Assembly (NCBI GenBank): GCA_052426225.1
Contig: JBNJNM010000015.1
Span: 1,302,001 to 1,366,000 of the forward strand
Length of the DNA: 64,000 bases
Direction of reading: 5' to 3'
From: Zancudomyces culisetae HAW-14-8
Lineage: Eukaryota > Fungi > Kickxellomycota
Positions 11,873-21,525 of this stretch are shown here, in pieces. The translations under genes were made by a program, and so were the position numbers. Position 1 is the stretch's first letter, and the number at the start of each line of letters is the position of its first letter. The notes under the pieces are model-generated. The model did no database searches. It worked only from the letters and a program-made list of their open reading frames with translations, and was not told where the DNA came from.

Positions 11873-12764
11873 ATGGCTAGATACTCTGCTACTCCTGCAA
11901 ACGAATCAAAATGTAAGTGTTTTGCATAGATACTCATATTTTCACATATATACCCTTTTGTCTTTTTGGCTGCTCTTTGAGAACGTATACGGTTTGCCGT
12001 CAAAAACTATAGACGTGTCACTATTCAATCGAAATGCAAAATGCGGGTAGGCCTGTCAGTTGAGAGGCCTAGCCAAATTTGTTTTATATTCTGATACGAC
12101 ATGTGACTACATATATTGATATTTTGAAGGAGGAGTGGTATATGTTTTTGTCTTGGTGGCCAGAGCACAAGGGTGTATTTTCTTTTCTATACTTTGCACA
12201 ATTAAGGAAAACCAACTTATCAAGCTCTACAACTATTTAATCTAATTAGCTGCAAAGACCTGCGGATCATACTTGCGTGTACACTTCAAGAACACACACG
12301 AGACAGCCGTCGCCATCAAGGGTAGAAAGCTATTGAATGCTATCCAATACTTGGAAGACGTAAAAGAGCACAAGCAATGTGTTCCATTCCGCCGTTTTGC
12401 TGGTGGTATTGGCCGTACCGCTCAGGCCAAGGCCTTCAAGACTACTAAGGGTAGATGGCCAGTCAAGTCCGCCACCTTTTTGTTGGGTCTTTTGCAAAAC
12501 GTCAAGTCAAACGCTGAGGCTAAGGATTTGGAAGTTGAAAAACTTGTCATCAAACACATCCAAGTCAACGCTGCTCCAAAACAACGTCGTCGTACTTTCA
12601 GAGCTCACGGTCGCATCAACCCATACATGAGCAACCCATGCCACATCGAAGTTATTGTCTCTGAAGAGGCTACTCCAGTCAAGAAGGCTACTGATGTTGC
12701 CCGCACCCACAACTACACCCGCCGCCAATTGGCAATCAAACGCATCCAAGCATCCCGGGCTTAA
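11873..12764 (+). CDS. RPL17: 60S ribosomal protein L17 (uL22); exons 11873-11912 and 12250-12764
   Basis: Spliced N-terminus [32 protein letters not shown]; GRWPVKSA and [20 protein letters not shown] motifs; GTAAGT...TAG intron. Confidence 0.95.
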
Positions 12765-13023
12765 ATAATAAACTAAGTTTGTTGTTTTTCTCATTTTGGC
12801 TGTTTTATCCTTATATATAAGTACTTTTTAATAATTGTCCTGTCTCTATTATTTATTTATTGTGATTTTTTTTCTTCCAATAAATATGCAAGTATATATT
12901 AAGGCAAGAAATAATACTTTGATTTCTGTTGTATATTTTATTGTGGAAACTTGTGCTCTTTTTTTCATATTTGGTGAAACTTCCAGATATATCATCTACA
13001 TCCTCTTACACTCTATCTTTTAT

Positions 13024-13037
13024 CACACACACACACA

Positions 13038-13096
<59 letters not shown>

Positions 13097-13184
13097 ACAC
13101 ACACACACACTCTCTCTTTCTTTCTCCTTCTCTCTTCCTCTACTTTGTCCTTGTCCTTCACTGGGTACTGGGTACTGGGTACTG
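13024..13184. repeat. Compound (CA)n(TC)n microsatellite followed by (CTGGGTA)3
   Basis: Directly visible; explains spurious ORFs 12835..13275 and 12929..13285. Confidence 0.9.
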
Positions 13185-14049
13185 TAGGTTTTTTTTCATA
13201 TCACATTCTCAGTACCCTTTTTCCCCTCTTCCACCCCACGTGTTTGTGTGTGGACGCCCAGACTTTGATAAATAGTTTATTTTGAGGTCCAGGGTGCAAA
13301 TAAACAAGCTATAACTAAAAATAAAAACAAAGTTGCAAACGCCTTTTGTTCTTTGGTTGATTAACCGATTTCTAGTTTTATTTTCATTATGCTTATTCTA
13401 CGGGTTGAGTGTACATGAATTTATTTTTTTTATGCAAAAATAACAACAAAAACAAAAACAAAAATTAAACTAAAAAAATTTTTTTGTTTTTAAATATGTA
13501 ATTGAGTACCTGACCAACCTTTGCTATTGATGAATACTTTTTAAAATTAGATGGATTTGTTAAGGGAAAAAACAAAAAAAGAAACTAAAAAATCTAGAAA
13601 AATAAACGCCTTATTTCCACCCAACATTTTTCAAAATTTTCCAGTGATTACTTTTATACGATCAGCTAATAGCCGCTTTTAGCGCTAAAAAAAAATGGCT
13701 GCAAAAGAAAAAAAATTTTTTTTTTTCGCCCACTCTTTGATCAGGGCCAAAAGTAAAAAAAAAAAAATAAAAAAAAAAATTTACTCGTCGAGCCAAACAT
13801 TGGATATTAAAGCTCCAACAAGATTTTGAAAATTGATATTCGATATTCAGAGTGACTTTTTATTCTCTCTTTCTCTTCTCTCCTCTCCTCTACTCTGCTC
13901 TGCTCTTTTTTAGGTGGAACTTTATTACTAGATTTTTAAACTTTATTTTGCTAACATCGTATTATAATTAAAGAAGCGATATACATTGCTCTTTCACTTT
14001 ACCACCTTGAAAGCTAGAGAAAATCGGGTAAGAACATACACAACCAAAA

Positions 14050-17000
14050 ATGGATCAGAGTTTTTTGGAAAATCTAAAAGTCCAATTACACAATTTGGTC
14101 TTTGCAAACGACACTGAAACACTCAGAACAGTTACAAAGAAGCTAAATGATGAATTCTACGTCCACAATGAATGTTTGCCTGGGTTGGTCGAAATTGCCA
14201 CAGGAGCACCTGAATGGCAAGTTCGTCAATTGGCTGCCGTTGAACTTAGAAAACAGATAAGCAAACTCTGGGAAAAGCAAGACGAAAAAGTCAAGCAGCA
14301 AGTAAGAGAGCACCTCTTGAAAAAAATGTTTGAGGAGCAAGAAAAGCTTACTCAACACGGTTTGGGAAGAGCAGTCACCTCAATAGCAAGAATCGACGTC
14401 CCCAATAACGCATGGCCTGGTCTGGTAGAGTTCTTGTACGAAAGCTGCAACAGCCCAGCAGTTTCGCATAGAGAGATCGGTATATATGTGTTAGATTCAC
14501 TCTTGGAAATGATCTCTGAAACAATTTCTGACAATTTCCAACCCTTGATGGATTTGCTTGAAAAGCTTCTCAACGACCCAGAGAGTTTGCAAGTAAGAGT
14601 CACAGCAATGGAGGCAATGTGTAAAGTTGGTGAATATATCGAGGAAAAGCGAGAGGTAACAAGATTCCAAGAGGCTGTTCCAGCAATGGCCAGAGTATTG
14701 GAAACATGTCTTCAAGCAGGGGATGAGGATAACGCAAGCAAGTGCTTTGAAGTTTTGAACATTTTGCTGCTATTGGAGACACCATTGTTGAACAAGCATC
14801 TCGGGGAATTTGTCGAATTTGGACTGACAGTTGGATCGAACTTGGATCTTGACTCAAACCTGAGAGTAATGGCACTGAACTTCTTGGCCTGGGCAGCTAC
14901 ATACAAGAGAACTAGAATTCAAAAACTCAAGATAGTCCCAGGGCTTATTGAGCGCATCATGGTGATAACCAAAGAAGAGGACAGCGATGACATCAGTGAA
15001 GAGTCACCATCTCGAGTTGCACTTAGAGTACTCAACGTGCTTTCTACAAACATGCCACCAGCACAGGTCTTCCCAATTGTGTGGGGCCATGTGGTACAGT
15101 ACATGCAAAGTGCAGATCCTTTGGAAAGAAAGGGAGGTATGCTTGCATTGGCCATTACAGTTGAAGGAAGTGTAGACTTTGTCAGAAGCCAAGTTTCTGA
15201 TTTGGTTGGAGTTGTAAGCGCAGGACTTCGCGATTCGGATTCACGTGTCCAAAAGGCAGCGTGTATGGCGCTCGGATGTTTTGCAGAGGAACTTGCAGCC
15301 GAAATCTCAACATTCCACAAGGAACTCCTTCCATCCATAATCAATATCCTCTATACTTCAACAAGTGCAGATACAGGAAAGCATGCGTGCAATGCACTTG
15401 ATGCAATTCTAGAAGGATTGGGTGAGAGCACAAACGAGTATCTTCCAACATTAGTACCCCAGCTCATAGCATTGGTTGATAATGGACCAAGTGATGTGAA
15501 GGTTACCGCAATGGCCGCAATAGGAAGTGCAGCCCATGCATCTGGAAAAGGATTTTTGCCATTCTTTACAGAAACAATGCAAAGGATAGGAAAAGCAATG
15601 ACAGTTACTGAAGGTGATGACGAGATCTCACTTCGTGGTGTTGCAACAGACACAGCAGGAACCATGGCTGAAATGGCAGGAAAGGAGGCATTTTTGCCAT
15701 ACCTAGCCGAAATTGTCCAACTTACCTTCCAGGGAATGAAGACACAACATGCTACCTTGCGTGACTGTGGTTTTTGCTTCTTTGGAGTGATCAGCAGAGT
15801 CTTTGACGCAGAGCTCGAACCATACCTCCCCCACATTGTAGGCGAAGCTTTAGCCACATTTGCGACAGAGGAAACTCTTGGTGAATCTGATGGTGTAGAT
15901 TTGATATCCGACGAGGCTGAAGACGAGGATGAGAACTCCGACTTCAATGTGAGCACAGCAGCGGCTGAAGAAAAGGAAATAGCAGCCGACTGTGTAGCCG
16001 AGCTGTTTGCCTCAACCAGAGCCAAATTCCTGCCTTATGTCAGCTCCATTGTTCCCGAACTGCTTAAGCTCCTGGTCCACTACTCCGATACTACCAGAAA
16101 ATCAGCTGTTAGCTCTCTGTTTGTTTTCATCACCACATTCAACTCAATGGGTACCAAAGAACCTTGGGTAAGCGGCGTCCCTGCCACCGTTCCTTTGGTT
16201 GAAAACGTTGCCTCTATTGTAGAAATGTCCATGCCACCAATCATGGAAATGTGGGCTGAAGAAGACTCTACCATTGTTGTTACTCAAATTCTAGTTGAGC
16301 TTAGAGAGGCCATGTCTTCTGTCGGTCCTGCTTTGATTCAAAACTATGTTCAACCTATTGTTGAGAACCTCCAACTGCTTTTGCAGAAGAAGGCTTTGTG
16401 TCAGATGCCTGACTTTGAAGATGATGATGAACCTGTAGCCGGTGAATTGGCTGAATACGACTCTCTTCTCATTGGTGCAGCTGGTGACTGTGTCTCTGAG
16501 CTATCCAATGTCATGGGTGCATCATTTGTTCCTCTACTTCCATCCTTCATTCCACTATTCCAAACCTTCTCATCCCCAGCCTGCGCTGTCGCTGAGCGCT
16601 CAATGGCTGTTGGCTGTATGTCTGAAATAACAAAGAATTTGGGCGCTGAAATCACCCCTGCAACCGAACCTCTATACTCCATGTTCATGCAAGGTTTGGC
16701 TGATCCCGAAGCCGAAGTTATGTCAAACAGCGCCTACGGAATCGGTGTCTTGGTTCTAAACTCTACCGTTGACTGGTCTACCCAATTCGAGAACATCCTC
16801 AAGGCTCTCTGGCTTCTATTCTCCAAAAACACAAACGCTTCCAATCTTCTTGACAATGCCTGTGGCTCTGTCGCTAGACTAATTCTCAAACTTCCTGATC
16901 TGATTCCTTACTCTGATGTTTTGCCTGTCTGGCTTTCTTGTTTGCCTCTTAAAGAAGACCATATGGAAGATGCTGTTGTCTATGATGCAATCTGCTATCT

Positions 17001-17127
17001 GATTGACCACCGTGCTGATGCTGTAGCACCTTTTGCTGATCCTCTCAAGAATGTCATCCACTCTGCTTTGTCCGACCCCCTCACCTCAATGTCTAAACCT
17101 GCTCAGGCTAGGTTATCTTCTCTATAA
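14050..17127 (+). CDS. KAP123: Importin beta-4 / karyopherin Kap123-like HEAT-repeat protein, intronless, 1025 aa
   Basis: N-terminal QVRQLAAVELRK, WPGLVEFL, acidic loops, EEKEIAAD, ERSMAVG, DNACGSVARL and LPLKEDHME, all typical of IPO4/Kap123. Confidence 0.88.
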   Translation: MDQSFLENLKVQLHNLVFANDTETLRTVTKKLNDEFYVHNECLPGLVEIATGAPEWQVRQLAAVELRKQISKLWEKQDEKVKQQVREHLLKKMFEEQEKLTQHGLGRAVTSIARIDVPNNAWPGLVEFLYESCNSPAVSHREIGIYVLDSLLEMISETISDNFQPLMDLLEKLLNDPESLQVRVTAMEAMCKVGEYIEEKREVTRFQEAVPAMARVLETCLQAGDEDNASKCFEVLNILLLLETPLLNKHLGEFVEFGLTVGSNLDLDSNLRVMALNFLAWAATYKRTRIQKLKIVPGLIERIMVITKEEDSDDISEESPSRVALRVLNVLSTNMPPAQVFPIVWGHVVQYMQSADPLERKGGMLALAITVEGSVDFVRSQVSDLVGVVSAGLRDSDSRVQKAACMALGCFAEELAAEISTFHKELLPSIINILYTSTSADTGKHACNALDAILEGLGESTNEYLPTLVPQLIALVDNGPSDVKVTAMAAIGSAAHASGKGFLPFFTETMQRIGKAMTVTEGDDEISLRGVATDTAGTMAEMAGKEAFLPYLAEIVQLTFQGMKTQHATLRDCGFCFFGVISRVFDAELEPYLPHIVGEALATFATEETLGESDGVDLISDEAEDEDENSDFNVSTAAAEEKEIAADCVAELFASTRAKFLPYVSSIVPELLKLLVHYSDTTRKSAVSSLFVFITTFNSMGTKEPWVSGVPATVPLVENVASIVEMSMPPIMEMWAEEDSTIVVTQILVELREAMSSVGPALIQNYVQPIVENLQLLLQKKALCQMPDFEDDDEPVAGELAEYDSLLIGAAGDCVSELSNVMGASFVPLLPSFIPLFQTFSSPACAVAERSMAVGCMSEITKNLGAEITPATEPLYSMFMQGLADPEAEVMSNSAYGIGVLVLNSTVDWSTQFENILKALWLLFSKNTNASNLLDNACGSVARLILKLPDLIPYSDVLPVWLSCLPLKEDHMEDAVVYDAICYLIDHRADAVAPFADPLKNVIHSALSDPLTSMSKPAQARLSSL

Positions 17128-17417
17128 AAATAGTGATATTTTTTTCCCTTTTTTTTTTGCTTATGAGCTTTTCCACTTGGATTATAACATACAACCACAC
17201 ATTCATATATTTATATTTTATTTTTTTTGTATACATTTTTTATTAAAATTATATTAACTTGATTTGTTTATGAGCATATGTCCAAATTTTGCTCCTCTTT
17301 TCATCCCCTCCCACTCTCATCTCTCCTCATCTCTCCCTCTCTTTTCTCTTTATTTTTCGTAACTACACTTTTTATTATTGAATATTGTGATGCGAGATAG
17401 GGAAAATAGTCTAATTT

Positions 17418-17984
17418 TTACAATGCAGTATTCTCTATTTGAACAATACTTTTTTCGAGATCCGATCGAACTTGTTCAAACGTTACAAGTAGACAATCAA
17501 ACAGTGCTGCACATCTAATACACTTGTCATCCTTACCTCCATCGCCTTCCCTAAAGCAGTTACTTGCTATTTTCTCCCCGTTTAAATCGGAACTAGAAGC
17601 ATTTGGAATGTAGTGTAAACCATCTAGTTTTTTGTGCTCCAGCTCAGAAAAATACTTGTCTAGATCAACAAGAGCCTCGGATTTACTTTGTGACTCTAGT
17701 ACCTTATTTACCATACTTGCGTTACGCTGGTAAACTCTCTTCATCTTCTCGAGCTGCTTTTTACCCACTTTGTACTTTTCAGTAACTGTATACAAGTCAC
17801 GGATGAGTTTATTTTTGTCCAGTATCTTATTACTACGATACTTTCTTGCGCTTATTTTATTTAGGCTTCGCCTCTCTACACGTTTATACTCATAATACAC
17901 TTTGTTTTTATTTTTAGAGGTGTCTTTATCCGATTCATTCATTTTTTTATATACACATTCCAAATGATTATGGTGTCTATACAT
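17418..17984 (-). CDS. bZIP-domain protein (divergent), 188 aa
   Basis: Basic region KRVERRSLNKISARKYRSNK fits the bZIP N-x7-R pattern and is followed by a degenerate coiled coil. Confidence 0.6.
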   Translation of the reverse strand: MYRHHNHLECVYKKMNESDKDTSKNKNKVYYEYKRVERRSLNKISARKYRSNKILDKNKLIRDLYTVTEKYKVGKKQLEKMKRVYQRNASMVNKVLESQSKSEALVDLDKYFSELEHKKLDGLHYIPNASSSDLNGEKIASNCFREGDGGKDDKCIRCAALFDCLLVTFEQVRSDLEKSIVQIENTAL

Positions 17985-18134
17985 ATAAATTTGTTTTTAG
18001 TCAAAGGTAATGATATGTGCACCCATCCCCAGACCATAAAGTGGGTTTTATACAATCAGGCTCAAACATGTTGGTCGTGTTTAACTAACATTTCTACTCT
18101 TGTTTTTGGTGGTGAAGCTATTTTCTGTGCAATT

Positions 18135-18142
18135 TGACGTCA
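18135..18142. promoter_or_regulatory. Perfect CRE palindrome TGACGTCA about 150 bp upstream of the bZIP gene
   Basis: Exact ATF/CREB consensus sequence. Confidence 0.4.
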
Positions 18143-20325
18143 TCTCGCATACCCTCAGCACCCACTGTTTTTTTTTTTGAGTGAAGATGAAAGAGGAAAA
18201 GACAGGATAGGCCTAGCAAAGATAGTCGCGGTACGTTTAAAATACACATTCACCACACCACCAAGTATCATATTTTAACTGATCTCTACGAATCTACTGC
18301 TTTTTGCATTATCAAAAAGGTGAGTATTTTCACAGTCCTATTTTAACTACTTTTTTTTTTTTATACATTCTCGTTAGCGTATATAGAAAGAACACAACCA
18401 GCACATCATATGATACTGCCAGCAGAGTGAGAACAGCTCATTAAACATTTTCCTCTGTATCAGAGGTGAGGGATAGGGACCTTAGAATCTAGTGGCATGA
18501 TACTGTTATTTTTCTCCCACCACTTTTTTATTTTACTATTGAGCAAGTATCGTTTCCCAGTGTCTCTATTTTTCACAAAACAGAATGGATCATTTTTTAT
18601 AATAACGTATGTATTTAGAAATCGTTAGCGATTAGTTTTCAGGCGGTTGTGCCTTTCAAGGGCACCTTTCACCGATACACGATGACATTGCGCATCCTTT
18701 CATGGCCGTAAAATCCAGAAAAACATGATTTGTAAAAAAATGAAGTCTGTTACTGATTCCATATTGTTAGATCCAATAAAATATTTTGTTTCAGAAAGGT
18801 TTACTAGTAAACTTTTACTATTTTTTTTAAATATATAACGTTTTTTTTCATTTATTATTATTTTGCTTCATTTCTCTTTTGAACTTTCTAATGATATAGA
18901 CATGAGCTAAAACAAATCGAGAACTCGACAGAATAAACCCAAAATTTTGTTTGTTTGTTAGTTTTCATTTTAGATCCCCGTTTATTGGATGGCTTTTTTC
19001 AGTTTTTTTATTTTTCCAACTCAAAATGCTATTATCCAAATAAACCCAAACTCTATGAAAGGAGGAAAAGAAATAACACACCAGTTGTTTATAACAGAAA
19101 AAAAACTCTAATTACTCGAACTATTAATGAACATCCCTGCTCGCCCCCCCTTCTCTAAATCAAGGGGAAATGAACGAGGAAGGGAGGAAGAGAGGAAGAG
19201 AGGGAAGGATGATATTCGATAGAATCTTATCGGTTTGGTAATGATACTAGCTTTGAAGCAAAATTTCTATCCTATTTTTTTTTGTAATGAGCGATTAGCT
19301 TGGATTTATTTATATTTTTAGAAAGAAAAGGGGTATCATCACAAAATATGTTATTCTATTTTATTGATGCTTATTTGGTATTCAATATTTTGAAAAGAAA
19401 CTCGATCACCACCTTATTGCTTAAGTGAAGCTTATTATTAACACTAATTAACAACCAATGATACCCTATTCCTCTATGTAGGGTATGTATATCATATTTA
19501 AATACGGCATAACATACGCCTGTATTTCATATACAACATCTAATCCCCACGCTAGTTAACTTCCTCGATTATTGGTAGCTTTCGTTTTGGCGTTGGCTCA
19601 TTCTAGTACACACTGTCTGGAAAAATATTTTTAAACGTGTCCAAACTAATTGTTTATGATAATTACATATTTTAGCATCCACTGCAATTCACAGAATCAC
19701 ATTTAAAACCAATAGGCAATTACTCTTGCATTTCGCCGTTCTTCGCGTATAAAGGCAGTAAATAAAAAATAACGATCGAAAATGCTAAAAAGATACTGCT
19801 ATGAAGCATCTAAATGACAAGTTCCTGCCTCACTCCATGTATGTGGCACTCTTTACTCAAATTATGAAGTAAGATAAACAAATGTCGTATCCATCATAGC
19901 AAAACTAGCGTGTTCTATAAATACGGATCCGCTATTACGAAGTGTCAAAAGATGAGAGGATCGATTTTACCTTTACAGTTTCACTACACCTGTACTTAGA
20001 TATACGCATCTACGTCGGAGGCTGAATACCACTCATCGTCATAAATCTGAAATCAACTATCAGGTTGGGAATAATCTATAGCTGAATATGAACACTTTCT
20101 GAAATGATGTTTATGTAAAATAAATTGATGTCCATTTGTATATATATACACCTTGTTTCCTCCCCTCCTGACTAGATGTCAAAAGTTCTATATTATTTTT
20201 ATATACTTTATAATTGAATTAATCACACTTTTTATTACCATTATAAAATAATATTATACCTTAAATTAATGAGCATAGAGTAGGCTTCATGAAAAAGGAT
20301 ACTTTTATATAATAAAAAAAGAAAA

Positions 20326-21525
20326 ATGTATATCTCCGCTGTAACAATATTGTGCTTACTGGGAGGTGCAGGTCAGGTAATATCCTACCCTCATAATAAC
20401 AAAGGAATACTTGAAAGAAGAAATGCTGATAGGCTGGATCTAGGGACTGACCGTATGTATTATGACGCTAGCCAATACAGAAAGCGGTTCGATCTTTTCG
20501 CATGGTTCAGAAAAAAGCCCAAGAATTCTGGCACCAAAGATGATAAATCCGATGCACAACGAGGTGCTAAAATCAATATCTCAGGACTGCAGCTTGTGCC
20601 TGGACCATTTGCTGACCAGCCGGGTCAGCGCGCCAAGAAAAGAGAGTATATTATCCACAAAAAGAGAAGTAAAAATACGATTACCTTGGAAAAAAGACTT
20701 GATATTATTGATTGGGTGAGAGCCAAGATCATGCCAGGCAGATACGGTGCAAAAAAGACAGCCACAGGATCTTTCAGCCCTCGTATCACCATGACGAATA
20801 CAGCCAGTTCAACTGTTAAAGCGGCACAGCGTGCAGTCACAAACATACAGCTATCCACGAAGAACGCTGGTGGTTCCTCTAATTCCGCCCCCGCAGGAGC
20901 AGGTGCATCTGCTACTCAAAATAAGGGCGTTTTTGGTGTTGATTGTGACAAGTTTTATTCAGCTGTTACTGCTGGTGGTTACAAAAAACCAACAAGTGCA
21001 CAATGTGATGCGTTTTTGAAGGGTATACAAAAAGGTGGTATATCATCCGCAAGGGAAGTAGCCATGTTTCTGACTCATATAATGATAGAATCTGTAGGTC
21101 TTTCAGCCAAAAGCGAACACAGATGCGAATCTACTGACTGTAAAAAATTCTATTCTACACCAAACGACCTTCCCGGAAAAGTTTATTTTGGAAGGGGATA
21201 TATTCAGCTAACATGGGAGTATAACTATCGTCAAGCATCCATGGATCTATATGGTGATGACAGACTAAGCAAAAACCCTGAAACTGTTGCAACCAATGAA
21301 CAGGTAGCGTGGGATGTTAGTTTCTGGTTCTGGAAAAATATTGTAAGAGTAGATCCTGGAGTTCAGGCAGGAAAATTCGGTGCTTCAACAAATAAGATCA
21401 ACGGGGCTCTGGAATGTCGCGGAGAACATACAGATAAGGCCAAAAAGCGATTTCAGTTATACACAAAGATGCTGGCCATTATAGATCCATCATCAAAAGC
21501 AGATGAACATGGTTGTTATAACTGA
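20326..21525 (+). CDS. Secreted GH19 chitinase-like protein with a basic, dibasic-site-rich pro-region
   Basis: Signal peptide; C-terminal GH19 motifs AMFLTHIMIES, YFGRGYIQLTWEYNY, SFWFW, TNKINGALEC; ends GCYN. Confidence 0.88.
   Translation: MYISAVTILCLLGGAGQVISYPHNNKGILERRNADRLDLGTDRMYYDASQYRKRFDLFAWFRKKPKNSGTKDDKSDAQRGAKINISGLQLVPGPFADQPGQRAKKREYIIHKKRSKNTITLEKRLDIIDWVRAKIMPGRYGAKKTATGSFSPRITMTNTASSTVKAAQRAVTNIQLSTKNAGGSSNSAPAGAGASATQNKGVFGVDCDKFYSAVTAGGYKKPTSAQCDAFLKGIQKGGISSAREVAMFLTHIMIESVGLSAKSEHRCESTDCKKFYSTPNDLPGKVYFGRGYIQLTWEYNYRQASMDLYGDDRLSKNPETVATNEQVAWDVSFWFWKNIVRVDPGVQAGKFGASTNKINGALECRGEHTDKAKKRFQLYTKMLAIIDPSSKADEHGCYN

Noticed and set aside
12835-13285. ORFs with HTHT/LSLS runs
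   Set aside because: Translations of the CA/TC microsatellite.
970-17061. Many minus-strand ORFs inside PMR1, DRS2 and KAP123 (e.g. 2025..2879, 15351..16025)
   Set aside because: Antisense shadows of real CDSs with no recognisable motifs.
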